From the NCBI GenBank assembly GCA_039621445.1, contig CP154954.1, positions 19,206,642 through 19,270,641 of the forward strand: 64,000 nucleotides of DNA, given 5' to 3'. Under the pieces are notes generated by a model that searched no databases, was not told where the DNA came from, and saw nothing but the letters and a program-made list of their open reading frames with translations. Positions within the stretch are counted from its first letter, which is position 1; each line of letters begins with the position of its first letter. This DNA comes from Euglena gracilis. Taxonomy: Eukaryota. Both the position numbers and the translations under genes were made by a program. Below, in pieces: positions 1-15,800 of the stretch.

Positions 1-3000
1 TACAAAACTTAAAACCCGCTTCATTCCGGAGGTTCAAATGCACAAGTGACTGGGAAGAATTCTCAACCATTTGGACATCATTCAATTCCTCGGCAATGGG
101 ACTACAGACAAAGTCGTTGGAATATTGACATTCAACTGCGGCATCACAATCCGCTTGACCATGAACATCCCAAACACGGTATATGCCTTCCCCCTCCAAT
201 TAGAAACAAGCCTGCGAGAAGAGTTCTCCGTTGTAAAATTTAAATGCTAGGCATCTGCGGACATAAATAGACACCAGCAGAGCCCAAGATGGTACATCGT
301 GGCATTTATGGCACAGATAATCCGAGGGCATATTTCGAAAATGGTCACTTCGAGAAACCCATTGGGTCGCATTCGTAATATTTTAAACAAAAATAAATTG
401 TATATTGTCGGAAATCCACAAAAAATATTCAGTGATTCTGAAAAAGAAGCCTTCCAACTCCCCTGCCCTTCTGTATCAGCATTGATGAACTGAAAAAAAA
501 GCTGAAATGGTAAGGTGACAAAATTTTTTTGTATATTTACAGGCAAATAATAAAACATAATTGTGTCCAATAACTATCCCCACTGATACCCACCGAATGA
601 AAAATTTCTCCAAACTAGATATGACTGCAAATCACTGGCGCACTCCCTACTTACTGACTAGTGACCACAAATGGAAACTTGATCGAGGGGACAACTGGGG
701 AGAGCGAACCAGAATACAAATAATCTGGGAGAGCATCCGTGGTCCCCACCAATAGAGCCTTGATGAAGGGCATGAAATAAGACAGGTCGTCTTTGTTGTC
801 GGGGGCATTGACTCCTTTACAAACTAACCCAAAACGCACCTACCTGCTTTCAGAAAATGCAAGCAGGTAGATGCATGCACACATACATACAACACATACA
901 TACACACACACACATACATACATACATACATACGTACATGCATACATACATACATACACACACACATACATACATACATACATACATACATACATACATA
1001 CATACATACATACATACATACATACATACATACATACATACATACATACATACATACATACATACAGACAGACAGACAGACAGACAGACATACGTACGTA
1101 CGCACATACATACAAAAACCAAAAACAAAAAAATACTTCTCTGAGACATGCAAATGCAAAAAAAGAGATGCAATACACAATATTTCTCAGCAATTGTTGA
1201 AACAACTGTGTGCAAAGAGTTCGCGTCTGACTGGGGGTGATAGGACAGGGAGGCTGGCGCAAGGTACATCTAAACACGCCAGTGTTCTTTTCAAGACAGG
1301 GGGGGGGGCTCCTACGCACCCAGGGGGTACCCCTCCCCCCTCCTGGTTTGCACAAACAACAACAATGGAAAAAATCAGGATTTATAAGAGGTTACGGAGG
1401 AGCACCTTCCCCAGAAGAGCAGCGGTCCGGCAGACCCACCCATCCCCTCCTTCCCCTTGGGGCCCAACCTTAAAACTCCCTGATACATGCATGTGTTTGT
1501 GCGACAGACACTGTTGATTACGCAAATTTTGACAAGACATCTTGCAACAGGGACTAGATTTTCTCCCAAGCCCAAGTAAGTCAGCCCATGCTCCTCCCGG
1601 CAGGCTCTGTTGCATTCATGGTACAGCCATGACTCCAGGCTGTACAGCCACAACAGCGCCTTCGTGATCTGGTTGGGGTCCTCTTTGGCTGCCACACAGA
1701 GCGGGCGAACGTCCCGAACAGAGCGCAGGACCATTCCTTAAAAGCCATGGGGGGTGTCGAACCAGCTGGAAAGGGTAATGTGGCTAGGCTGGAACCCCCA
1801 AAATAAGCCCCCCAAAACTGGACAAAATAACCAAACAAGGTTAAATCCAGATGGGATGCAGTTTTGCAATAAATAAATAAAAATCAGAAAAAATCTGTTT
1901 TCTAATAAATCAAAAAAACCTCAAGGCCACCATTCTTTGACCATTTGCCTCCTTGTTTCGAAAAAAATGTCTCGATTTGTCTTTGTTTCAGCGGGTGGCG
2001 AGGGGGGGGGTGGACTGCAGCTCACAGTGTCCTGGGAGGAGAGACCCAAAGGGGGAGGGTGGACAGCGAAAGCCCTGAAAGGAGGAATGATGAAGGTGCT
2101 TTGCGTGGGGTGAGCTGCTCCATGCGGATGGCGAAGCCATCAGTGTCTGGGGGGCCGAGACCCCTCAGCTCGCCGTATTCCGGAACCAGGGCTGTGTAGT
2201 CTCGGGGGTCGGGCAGGAAAGGAGGGTGCACCCCAGCCCTACGGCCAACTCCTCCCGTGGGGTCGGTTCCCATTTGTTGCCTATGTGGAATGGCATGGGT
2301 GATCTCTCTCAAAGAAAAAGATGGATGACTATCAGAAAGGGGTGCCAAAGGTTTGCACACCAAAGTTAGAACCTGCCCCTGAAGGCAGAGATCTGAAAGA
2401 GGACACATGAACCCCATTTTTAACAGCCCCCCCTGTGTAGTTGTGTAGCATAATCGTTACAACGCTGTCACGGTGCTGGCTGGCTGATACAGTGCTCCAT
2501 ATCGAAAACGGAAACCTCCTTTTACTGGAGAGCACCATTCAAACTGTAACAACTTTGGATGCTCCAGCAAGCAACGCGAGAGAATCATACATACAAACTT
2601 GGTTAACAACACTGACGAGGGAGGGATTGGTCAAAATTGGGGGAATCTCGCACATAAATTTCATAATTTCTTGGGTGACAAATGGCACCTCCCAAGGCGG
2701 AGGTGAAAGTTGAGGTGCAGCTACCACCCAAATGATTTTCATCAAAGAAAAAATGCTTTTTCTACGTCCCAGCCCATCGGAAAACATCCACCGTAAACAC
2801 GACATAAAACCAACCAAAATTTCCGTGGACAATCTGTTGAATGGAACACACATCTGTTCCACAGCTTTAAGAAGATGTCGTCTTGGCTGTAATTCACAGT
2901 ATGGATGAGGTCGACGAAGTTAGTCCCCACCGCAGACATGGGAACTGAGCACCTTCGAGATAAGACAGACGTGTGCTTTGCAACTTTCCAACTGGGCAAA

Positions 3001-6000
3001 ATACCTCCCCCCCCCCCCTTGTCTAAGCACCGGAAAAGATGGGTAAGAACCGGGGGGGGGGTGCTTATTTTGCCAAAATATGGGTAAGAACCAGGGGGGT
3101 GGTGCTTGGACAAGGGTGGTGCTCAGACAAGGGGGGGGTAAGCTTCAAAAAAGGGGTTAAATATGCAATAAATTTGGAAATAAGCCAGAAATTTTGCCAT
3201 TTTCCCTCCATCCCTTTGTGGAGTATCATCATTTGAAAAATATTTCAGGCTGTGCTCGGCAATCTTGTGGCCGACACCAGCAGGGAATTTCTAATGGAGC
3301 GCCAGGGAGTGGGTGCAGCCGGCAGACTGGAAAAAAAGGGGCTGGCAGGAACCCCCCCACTTTAGGGGTGGGGGTTTGAACTGCCAGGCTGGACCTTGTT
3401 GGAAAAAGCTCAAACTGTGCTTGAATACATTTTTTTAGCCAAAATTTTTGAGGAAATCCTCAACAAAAAATATCAAAAAATCTCAGGCAGTGCATCTCGC
3501 ACTTAAGCTTTTTTCTTTGTCGATGTGCGCAAATGCGCACATTGACATTTTTTATTTTATTTACAAAAGTGACAAGACATGACCCCAAAAACCCCGAAAT
3601 CTGAGCAGGATGTGGTGGGGTGCCCCCGGACGCGGAGATGAAAACAAAGACTTTGGCAAATAGGTTGCCTAAGAGCTGGTGTCACTGCAGCATATGATTT
3701 ACATAACACCCAGCAGGTGTGTTTAGAACCCAACAATGGCCGTGTTATTAACTCAGAATATTGACTGAACGATTTGGTGGGGTGTGCACTATCCTGAAGC
3801 AATACCCTGAAAGCTGTGTGAGAAATTGGTGGTCGGTACAGGCAAATGTGCAAATATGTGGTGTGCGCAAATGCATAAAACAACCGTTAGCGTAACTGTG
3901 AAAAGGGCCATGTGCGCCAACTGCAATTGATGTGCTTGTAATATTGTCCAAGCGGTTGGTTGTGCAAATGCGAAAACAGACTTTTTGGGTCGGTTTGCAC
4001 ATCTGAGCACACCAACCTCGTGTGAAACTTAACACACGTGCCATTCAGAGGGTGTGGCACTACTGCAGTTTGGAAATCCTTAAATGCGAGATATTCTGTA
4101 GAATTTAAACACAACAGAATGACCAGCCTGCGGGCCCAAATTTGGGCATCGGCAATTGAAGCTGTGAAAAAAACATTTTTAGCCCCTGAAAAAATCAAAA
4201 TAAACAGCATTTTAAGATTTTATCCTGAAAAACTGAGTTTAGAAATGCCCTTCACCCTAGTACTTTGGTCCGAAAATGAGGCACAACACATTGGCTGAAA
4301 ATGGATTTGTCTGCTGACTTGAAAATCCCAGTGACCCGGGGTCACATAATGCAAATCTCGAACAGTCCATTGTATATGTGGCATGTGCACTTCCACTCCT
4401 TTCGTGACCAACTTCAAACACCTCCGCACGTGCAACATAACTTCAGAAAGCAAGCAAAGGGGTGGACCTACCACCTCACCTCCAGAGCATCACCTGGCGC
4501 TGGCAGTTTTCGCACAGGAAATGGGGGGAGGCGGTAATGGGCTTTTGGTGTTTTTGTTGGTGTTTTTTCAGCAAAAAAAATACACGCAATTCCCGGGAGA
4601 GCTGGGGTCAAGGATGAGAATCCGCTCATATTTTGTCCAGTCCCGCTCCTTCGCGCTCTCACCCTTGTAGCGCTAGTGCTCAAATTGGTTTTTGGTCGGT
4701 TTGTGAAAATGCGCACATCGACCAAAAAAAGTTCAAGTGCGAGATGCGAGATTTCCATCTCAGGGGATGCGGTGGTCCGGGGAGTGCAATAATGCAATAA
4801 AAAATGTGCATCAGGAAACCCCGCAACCACGGCCCTCTCCTCCGGCGGCACAGGCAGCCAAAGGCGCTCTGGGCGAACGTCGGGGACTCCCGATGCCGCT
4901 TCCGCGGGGCGACCGGGACGGGTTGGGCCGGCCCTGCCATGCCGGCAGCGCCTGGCTGGTCCTGGAGGCGCCTCACCAGCGGGGCCAGGCCCTTGCCGCG
5001 GCAAACGAGACGCTCGCGGCCGTCTCGGCTGAGACGGCCGCGGCAGGTGGCGCCGGCACCGTGGAATGACTGGATTAAGAACCTGTCGACTATTAATTTT
5101 TTGAGTGACTTTCACGCGTTTTGTTGTTGAAAAAAAAACACATTTCTCCGAGTTATATATAAATATTATATTGTATATTGTATATTGTATATTATATATA
5201 TATATATGATGTATTATATATGATATATTATATATTATGTATGATTTATGATATATGATATATTATATATTATGTATTGTATATTATATTATAAATGATA
5301 TATTATATATGATATTTGATATATTATACATTATATATATTATATATGATATATGATATATTATATGTGACATATTATATATTATACCTACCCCCCCCCC
5401 CGGGAAACTGTCACCTGACAGGTTGGCCAGTACCTGCCCGTTTCCCCGGCGGGACCCCTGCAGATTCCCGGGTAAGGCCTTTCAACGGAAAAATCAATGA
5501 AAAATGACCCTGACAGGTTGGCCGGTACCGGGGATGCTGACAGTTTCCCGGGCGGGACCCTGACAAGTTCTCGAGCATGAAAGTTTCCCGGGGGGGGGGG
5601 TAGGTATATGATTTCTGATATATGATATATTATAGATTATGTGTTAATATGTATATGTTATATTATATATATATGGTATATATATTAAATATTATATATA
5701 TATTATATATTATATATATTACATATATTATATGTATTATATATATTATATTATAGATAATATATTATATATTATGTATAATCAAAATTGCTTATTAAAA
5801 TACTTCAAACCCACTGCCTTTTCATTTCCCCTTTCCCCTGTTGAAGAGGGGTACTTTTCTGGTGGGATGTGAGAGTATGGAAAAAGCGAAGGTTGCATGC
5901 TTTGTTTGTTTCACATTGCACTTGGAAAGATAGAGACAGATAGGGACGGTTAAACGTGAAACTTGGCAGGGGAGGCAGTGGAAGGCGTGGTCCAGACTAG

Positions 6001-9000
6001 AGGGGGGCTTGGTACCCAACCACCCAATGGGGGGAGGGGGGCTCGGGGGACACACTCTGGGGGGCATAATTTCGAACTTCTCTCGGGTTCGGGGCAAAAA
6101 TAGAACAAAATCCCTGGTGAGCGAGGTGGAACCGCCCTCCCCCTGGCCAGCCATAAGCCATAAGAGAAAACCCTCTGCAGGAGTCTGGGAACAAATGCAA
6201 CTCAAAACACATCGGAAACTCAAAACAATCAAATGCTATTTGGCAAGAATGATACCCCCCCCCCCCCCCCCGCCAGAAACTCACCCAATACATCAGCGAG
6301 GTATGTGACAGACCATACGGACAGGACGTCCCGATCAACGACAATGAAGTTTCTGACCGAGCGGCGTCGAGGCCATATCTGGCAGGATCCGGACCTGGGT
6401 CCGGCAGGCTGGGGCCTGGGTAGCACCGCCTGGGGCTCCAGCACGCCGTGCCGCACAAGGTCCTCCTTCGTGGCCAGCGACAGCGCTTCCAGCGAGTTGT
6501 ACCTCGGGAGGGGGGCCGCCGAGGGTCCGCTTCCAAGGTACGGGGGTGAAAGCACACAAATACACAGCTCACACACATACTGGAAATTCAGTTCTTTTTT
6601 GTAAAATAAGAATATTCAGGTTTCTGCAGGAATTTTTTTTGCGCTTGATTTTTTTTTAAAAAAAATCATTTTTTTAAATTTTTTTTTAAAAAAAGAACAG
6701 CAGTAGCACATTCTTTTGCATCATAGGGGTGAGGGCAAGCTTTTAACACGCTTTCATCAGGCATAAGATACCCTTGGGAAGCTGCTTCTGTCTGAAGCGG
6801 CACAAATTGCCCAGCTATAAAACTGACAGGGCGAACTGAATTATCTCTTAAATATTTTTCAAAAAAATGCCCAAACCAACCCCCTTTTCTTGTCTGTTCC
6901 ACTTCCAATTCCGCCAACTCTCTTGGAAGGGGGAACAAAGGTTTCCAAAAAAAATTGTATTGTTTTTTCTTTGGTGTGATGTTGGGGTCGAAATTTGGTG
7001 ATTGAGAGCGATTAAAGCAGCTGCCAGGGCCCTCCTTTTAGAACACAGCAGGTGTTAGCGGTCTAAAATTAGGCTTTTGAGGAGCAAAGCAAGAACAGTA
7101 AAGAGGGACAAATCAGAAATGGGTGAACCCCCCCGACTGGTAGGTTGTGTCAATCAGAAACTTTCGGGGGAGTGTCAAAACAGCATCTCTTTCCCTCAAT
7201 ATCATCTTGAGAAACCGACCCATGTTTTTTTGGTGGTTTTTGCGGCATCACTTGTGAAACACCCGCCAACACAACAGGCAACAGCAACAACAGCAACTGA
7301 GACACGGTAATACCTACACATTGCAAGACGATACCAAAACACAAGCCTGGGAGAACGTGTCCGCCTGCGGGGTCCGAAAAAGGGTATGTGCCAATTGCTT
7401 AAAAGCCCAAAATCTTTTATGCCTTTGTCCTTTTTTTTACACGCATTATGCAGTGAATAATGGAAACCACAGAGACACCCCAATACCTATTCAAAATCAG
7501 GAGTTTTTCACCCAATTCAAACACTCCCATCATGACGCCAAAATTTTTCTGAAAAATTCTGGTGTAAAAAAACGAGACCTCAAAATAAGAAATTTGGGGC
7601 GCTTTTTGGGGTTAAAGAAACGGTCAAAGCATGTCAAAAAAAAAAAAACGTGGGGTGGGCAATTAGCGCCGCCTGAGACAGAGGTCAGAGGCAACTCCCA
7701 GCGAGGTATGGTATGCGTGAAATATGCGAGGTACAGTATGACGACTAATCCAATTAGCTTGTTATTTGCTTGATCATTCGCTCGGGTGATAAAAAAAATG
7801 TGAATTTTGTGAGCAGCTGCACCCCTGTTCAGCCCGGGCCAAAGGAATCGCATACAAGGACAAATGTAATCTATTCAGAAACGCCACCAGTTCCGCCGAT
7901 AACAGGGCATTGGCTACACGGCAGTTGGAATGGGGAACAGGCCATGCCCCCAGAGCACCTGTTGTTCAAAGACGGTGTCTGGGTATCCAACAAGGCGCCT
8001 TCCACAACCGACAACTGCAGGGACTACAACCATGTGCGGTTCAGCTGCAACGGAGGAACAGAAACCATGGACCCCGCTAAGCCCACAGCCAGGTTTCATT
8101 ACCCCAAGCAGACACATCGACCCACATGAACAAAACACAGGCACAAATGCTAAGGGCCTCTCTTTCCCCTTTCGGCACCTGGAGACAAACAATTTTCACA
8201 AGGCCCTGGGGGTAGGGTCGAACATGATGCCACCAACAGGGGGATCTTCTGCAAACCTCAGCTGTGGTGGGTACTAAAACCCAGGAGGGGGCAGAATCCG
8301 AAGAACAAAATATTCCTCGAAATTCAACGACCATCGTGGAAATGGTTCCCCAAAATGCCCCTAGCCTTACAATAAATAATTTAATTGCAATAAATATTTA
8401 GAAATACTTCTCTGGGGTATTTACTGACTGTGGGGGGTTTGGTCAAACAGGCTTTACCTGATTCCAGAACATGCCCGAAACCTTTTCGAGATTGAGAGAA
8501 ACAAATACCCAAAAGACACACAGCACACAAATGATCATGCGCAGAAGGTGATGAAGAGCTACTGGCAGAGCGGAGGCTTGGCCGGGGGCCTGTGGAAGTG
8601 GCGTCGGTTGCGGTGTCGGCGCCGGCGGCTGCGGGGCGGGGGCGGTCGGCCCGGGCTGGGCGGGGGCGGTGGGGTTGGGCTGGGCGGGGGCGAGGTCGTC
8701 CTGCCGGTAGTCCGCCACGTGGCACGCGTGGCGAGCAGCAGGGCTCCCGACCCGGACCATACAATTTTTTTACCGATTCCCGGGGGGGGTCACTCCACCT
8801 TTCAAAAAACCAGTCAGTCACTCCGAAAAAACCAGTCACCCGCCCGGGGGGGGGGTCAGCCAATGCTTAAGCAATTGACTGACCCGGACCCAACTTCGGT
8901 GGCTAACGTCAAGGGGGGACCGCTTCTCGCGCATGATCCCATTTAATAAAAAAACATCGCTGCGCATTGCGATAAGGCGGTATTGGGGGGTCCATCACCA

Positions 9001-12000
9001 TTACTCACCAAGGCCCATTGCAAGGGCAAATGACTTTCATCCCCATTCCAAAGAAACCGCTCGACCTGGAAATAAGTGTTATGGAAAAAGAAGGGAAAGA
9101 GGAGCAACCAGACCATGACGACAGAGGTGAACCGACTCCATCGGCTTCTGGGTGTGCTCGTTCAGATAGGGTTGTGGGGTGCTCCTTCACCCTGGTGAAT
9201 AAAGAAAATGGCAAATATAATTCACATAAATCTCTTCCTGTTAAATCCTGTTAAGCTGGAGTATGTCTCGAAAAACGTCACAATGTCCAAAAACAAAAGG
9301 GAATCACAACGAAACAAATTGAGGGCCTTCATGCGGACATACAACACGACAAAATCAATCGAAAAAATTAGTGGGTGTGAAGGGCCTTGGGAACATGCAC
9401 ACGAAACCACAATGCATCCCAGAGCCATGCTGGCCGCGCCCAGAACGCCACAACCGTACCATTGCTCACTGACAACCTCTGGGAAGACGTCAATTACTTC
9501 TTTCAAAAAGGCTTCTAAAGAAATGGCCGGACAAGACTCCAACCAACGCTTTGTAATAGGCAACATGCAATTTTGGCCTAAAATACTAGGATACAAAGCA
9601 ACACAAAATGTCCCAAAATGAACCACAAACCACACTTATCCAAACTGTTAAGACGAGATTATGCGAAATTCATGGGGGAACCGTTATGGGCTTTAAAATA
9701 GCATGTCTGTTTCCCACGAAGCGCCGCCCGGAAAACCGACTTTCAGCTTCTAAATAATACCTCTCCGTTCTAATACAATGATCTAAAAATGCAGAATTAA
9801 ATAAGCAGAAACATTGGAAAACCCACAAAAGTGATGAATTCGAGTTGAAAAGAAGCACATGCATTGTGTAAAAAAAAAACAATCCAAAATAAAATGCCTG
9901 GCAAAAGAAAAAAATCCGTCACCGAGGAAGAAAAGCAGGGCGGTCCTTAAGCAAATAAAAAAAAAAAAACTCCCCTGTCCCAGCACACTCAGTGAAAAAT
10001 ATACAGGAAAATGGGCAAGAAATTTTGGCATTTTTCAGCGAGAACAGGTCGACATCAGGAAAAAAATTGATTCCTGGCACCCTTGGACCATCGTCCGTCC
10101 ACCCAAACCATCAAAAACTGTGTTTTTCGACTGTTTGGTTTTTGTCCCCGTTCAAGTTCCAGTCTGGCCCTTAATCGGCACTTTGGCCGACTGGGGGGCG
10201 GTCCTTAAGGAAATAAAAAAAAAAACTTTCCTGTCCCTTGAGGACCGCCCTGAAGAAAAGGCCATCGCAAATTCCCAGGATGGGGGAACCCTCAAGCAAC
10301 GGGATGGCCACGACACTCGGACCATCTCTGGGTTTCTAAAATCCACGTCCGTCACGACGCCTACGTTGCCAGCGCCACCGTCCTGGCCACCCCACGACCA
10401 AGTCTCGCCCCGGACAACGCGATCGGTGGCAGGGATCTGGTTGCGCGGGCACCGTTCATCCACCTCCGGGGTTTTGTCCCCTGGGGGTCAACGAGTACAA
10501 AAAGAGGAGACAAATAGGTCCGTTCGAGAACCTGAAAGATCGGCAAACACCGAGGCCCTGACTGCCTGACGGTTGTTTTTTTTTTTTAGCTCAGGAAGGA
10601 CCATTTCTGAGGGAAGAGGGAGGCATGGCGAGAGGGAAGCTGTGAGTGCAGGCCATCCCTTGGACACAAGAAGCAATTGGTCAAATTTTGATGCCCTTGA
10701 TAAATTGTCCTTGTGTCCACAACCTGGCCTGCACTCATAACTTCCCTCTCGCCATACCTCCCCCCTCCCTGAGAAATGGTCCTGCCTCGGCTGAAAAAAA
10801 TCAGTATTTTGTTCCCGTCCATTTACATAAAACTCAAAAGACCGAAATCTTCAAATCCACTTTAATGTAAAACTTGAGGTGAGAGACAATTTTCCAGTGG
10901 ACCAGTCAGTGAGGTTGGAGGTTAGATATACTTCTCCAGAGATGACAGCGGGACAGGGGGGGGGGAGGTGGCAACAAGGACTCCTGGTTGCCAACGTGCC
11001 ACCGTGTATATCTGTCGCCCCCAAGCTTAAAGCGGCAATAGTCATCTGTTTGGATTGGACGTAAAAGGACAGCAAAAAGCAAAATAGGGATTGCAGACCA
11101 AACATCAAAATGACAAAAACACCCAATAATCAATGGCTACTTGGAGGAAACACACCACCAAAAATATATTCACAAAATTACGGTCGTCTTTTTTGAAAAC
11201 TGTGTTGTACCACAGAAGTCAGAGAAGCTGCAAAGAACAAAATCAAAAGCTAGAACATTATCAAGTCTCATTTCCCCAAGATCGTAACGAAAAGATCGTC
11301 TCTGACCGGGGGGGGGGTTCGTTGGACTAACCCGGTCGTTGGACAAGGGGGGGAGGTAAGTCACCCACACCAAAACATCAGAAAGATCCAGAATTGAAGG
11401 GGTTCAATGCAGCTTCATTCGAGGGCCACGTCGAAGCAGGAGCGCGGCAGCCAATACGCCTCGGACCCGCTGAACTCCACCAGGTGCTTCTCCTCTGCGG
11501 CGTCGTAGCTCTTCAGTGTACCCATGCTCGAGGCGAGGGGGGTGAGCAGCGGCCCATCCGACGGGGGCAGTCCAACGGGTGCATACGGGACAACCACATG
11601 ACTGGTCCATTGTCTGAATCTTGCAATTCAACGCCGAGCGCATTCTTGAACTACGTGGTGTGTTTGCAACCATGCTGCATTTGCACCATGTCCGTAAAAC
11701 AATCGAAACTTCCATGGAACCATGCCATAACCATACCATAAAACCATACCAAAACCATACCATAAGCCACACCACAAAACCCCGGCTTCCGCACACAATC
11801 CATAAAAACGGAGCACGTCCCTCGAGCCTTGAAGGTGCAGTCTCAGGACAGGGGGAAGGGGAGGGGAACTGCCACGGCCATTGAAAACAGATGCACACGC
11901 GGCCACGGCATCTTTGATCTGTTCGGCGTTGCGCATTCGCACCCGGTAGCCGGTAATGGAAGACCCACCGCCCCCTTCGATGGTGGCTGTTGCAGGAAGC

Positions 12001-12469
12001 TTGGGTTGGCAGATCGTGATACAACGGGAAAACAATGTCATCTTGAAGCCACCTCTCCGCGTGTTGAGGAGGAATCAAAACCCAGGGAACCAACCGGCCC
12101 CTGGCCCCCTGGCCCCCTCGCCCCCCCCCCCCTCCCCACCCTTCCGACCAGAGCCCCTGCCCCTGTCTCCGGCACTGGCAGCCAATACGGGATGTTCATG
12201 ATGGGACAGGGGGTATTGATGGGAAGAAACTGGGGGGGGGGGGGACGTCGGTCCCCCCGGCATTATTTCTTTAAAGGCGCCTGCAAAAACCTGAAAACCC
12301 TTTTAAAAAAAAGCTGAAAAAGTTTTTGGCCAAAATGCCTTAAAAACCTCAAATAATCTCAAAAATGCACCCTGGAAAATTTCTGAATTTCAACCAAAAA
12401 AATAAAGGGTCCTACTTCAGGTCCCGTGTGGTTTCCTTTGATTCCCCACCATTTCCGAGAGAGAGAGAG

Positions 12470-12511
<42 letters not shown>

Positions 12512-12754
12512 CAGAGATGATAGAGAGAAGGAGATAGGAGAGAGGAGATTAGAGGAATAGATAGATGCTAGAAGAGAGAGAGATAGAAGAGAGATAGAGA
12601 GATAGATAGAGAGTAGATAGAGAGATGCTACAATATACAGACAGAGACAGATAAGACAGACATAGAGAGTATATCGATATAGATATATATATAAGAGAGA
12701 GAGATAGAGAGAGAATAGTATATAGAGAGATATAATATAGAGATATATAGAGAT

Positions 12755-12836
<82 letters not shown>

Positions 12837-15800
12837 TCTTCATTTCATGTCGCCCGACATTTCCGAGATATTCTGGAGACATCGACACTTTCACTCCCCT
12901 CCCAAATGCCCTGAATGCCCAAAAGCCAAAATGCGATACCAAGAAATGGTTTTCCAAAAGATCATGCGGGACATTTCCTGAATTTTTTCGGGATATTTTG
13001 AAAATTGATACCTGACCAAACCAGGTGTAAAATGGGGAGGGGGGGGCAGGGTTCGATAGAAGGACAGGTGGGGGGTCCGGACCCCCCCCCCTGCGGGCCA
13101 GCAGGGGGGGGTGGGGGGACCCTCCCTCACCTAAACTGTGGCGCGGTCCAGGTGACCGAAAATTTTTGACCCCCTCCCCCAAAACGACCAAAAGTGCAAT
13201 TTTGGGCACTTTTTGGGCAAAAATGTGCCAAAAATGCAAAAAAAATTTGGCGCGAAGCGCCGGAGGAAAAAAATGACCCTTTTTGGGGGGGGGTCCCGGG
13301 AACCCCCCGAGGGTCGGTCCAGACCCCCCTGGCAGGTGGGGGGGGGGTGGTCCGGACCCCCCCCCCCTGCGGGCCAGGAGGGGGGGGTGGGGGGGACACC
13401 CCCCCACCTAAACGATGTACGCCCTCCTTATATCAAACCCTATGGGGGGGTCTGGACCCCCGGGAAAGGGGTCCGACACCTGACCCCATACCGTGCCTCA
13501 TTTTTTTTGTCGCCCGAATTGACCATTTTTTGTTGAGTCCAAGGGTCGCTTCATGCTGGAAAATTGTTTGCACGGGGGGGGGGGTGAGGTGTGTCGGTGG
13601 CCAAAATAGTGTAAGGGACGGGGGGCGATAGATCCCGAAAACATTTGGCTGGACGAAACTTTGAAAAAAACAAGTCATAACTGTGCAGTCAATCTTTGAT
13701 CCAAAAGCCTTCCTCCGCGAAATGGCAGAATGGAAAGTGGGGGTTTCATACACGGACCTTGTCGGCCAAATAACTCGAACCTGACAGGGAGTCGGGGTCA
13801 AAGGAAGGGGTATTTGAGAACACAAGTTGCTCGAGATTCGGGGGGAAAATCCAGGAATGGGGCTAGGAGTGACACCACGCAGTTACCATTTTCTTCTCTG
13901 AGCTGGGCGAGGGGAGACAAGATCAGAAACTCCTTTGATGTGGTGAGCTTCTGACTCCAAAGAGATACAAGACTCTGCCTCAACCAATTGTCTCTATGCG
14001 GTGACTTCTGTGCCATTGTGCTGATGCTTGCCATACTCACTGTTCCCGAGGGGGGATGAAATGCCCTTGACTCCCGGTGGGGAGAGTCAGGATGAGAGGT
14101 CCACAAGCCAAAAAAAAAAAACGGGCTAAAAAAATGCCACCGGGTGTTCCCTGCATGCCCGGGTGTTCGGCTCTAGCATGCTATAGCCCAGTGCAAAGGC
14201 AATTTGGAAATATGCCATTCCCAGGTTGGATATGGGTGCCTCGGACTGCCTTCCCAGGCAGGCGATCCCCCCCGGGACACTCACCTGGAGAGGTTTTCCC
14301 TCTGAAGGCGTCCTGGACGGTCGGGCCGCCTGCCTCCGCTGCGGTGGTAACGGGGCCGTCACCAAGCCTCAGGCCAAGCCAGGAGAGTGGACTCCCAGGG
14401 CTGTTTTCCCCGGCAGACTCTCCGGCAAGGCAGCTCCGGGCTATGTCTCAAAATGATGGATAGAGCCGGCTGGCAAATGCACCCAGCTGGAACGGGGGAT
14501 CCAAATCCAGTTTTGCATTGCCCCCCCCCTTGTCCAACGACCCCCCCCCCCGGGCAGTAGCGATATTTAGCTGTCGTTGGACAAGGGGGGGAACCAATTT
14601 TTTGAATTCAAACCCTCCTCGGGGGTATTCAAGAAAGCCCTGGCAGGTGCCCCGGGCGACCCATATGGCAACTTTTTTTCCAGCAGGCGGAAGAAGACCC
14701 CGCAAAAAGCACTCAAAATGGAATTTTTGGCGATTTTGATCACTTTCTCCAGACGTTTCAAACCCATTATTTCTTTACCATTTTGCTTACCGGCCAACAC
14801 CTGTGCCTTTGACGACTGCCCAGATGGTTCGATTCCTCTTCCAGACTGGGTGCAATTGTTGGTGAGTTGAATTGTTGATGAGTGGCATCCGAGGACGAGG
14901 CAGCCTCCCACCACTCTCAGAAAACACAATCCAGGTGTACACCAACCACACATCATTGCCACTGCGTGCCCTGCTCCCAACACAAGGCACAGGACCTCCC
15001 CGCCACACCGACCTGTAGAGACCACGTTACCCCCTTCCCAAAACCACCCCCGGGGGCCACATACCGACAGAAAGGGAGGGGGTGTATGCGCACCTGGGCA
15101 TTCACAGAACAGAGGAGGGGGTTGGCGGCGGGTACAAAAGCTTCACCGGACGAGGATTTGTCTGTGTGAAACAGTGTTTCCCGTCCACCGACTTTGGTGG
15201 ATGGGGTCCCCCCCCGTGGTTAGCAGAGGTGGTAAACCGCCATTTCAAAGACATGATAGCAAGAGAAAACACCCGGGCCCAAAGTAGTGGTGGCAACCAT
15301 TGACACAAATATTGGGTTTCCTTTTTGGATTTCTTTTGATGCCAAAGACACCCAGAGGGGAATGGGTCATGGGGGTGTCGACGATCTCCATGGCAGTTCT
15401 GCCAAACCTTGCTCGCTTGCCAGATAACACCTGTATACAGAAACAGAATGTGATGCCAAAAAAAATAATAAAATAATAAAAAAAGCCAAAATGCTGCTTT
15501 GGAATCCACACCTGAGGCTTTGCCAGGGGATCGTTCGCGTGGCATTGGTTGCCCTGGGGCATACCAGAGATCGGTTTGCCGATGATTCACACGGTTGCAG
15601 CGCCTGGAAACAGCAGAGCTCTTCAAAACGGGCACAACCTCTTCTGGCGGACCAGCCCCCTGGGGTCCTAAATCAAACACATGTTTGGCCGCGATAGGAA
15701 CGATTGCGGGCCAAGGCACTAATTTTTGCTGACAGCCTCCCTCAGGCTGCCTGTGTCCCTTCCCCCAAAGTTGTGAATCAAGGAATTGGTAAAGAGTCCA

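Noticed and set aside
824-1355. ORFs with VCMY/HTYI repeats
   Set aside because: Translations of the (TACA)n microsatellite
4981-5070. Apparent frameshift in gene B upstream of LVRRLQDQ
   Set aside because: Resolved by the nonconventional intron ending at 4981, which matches the gene A junction
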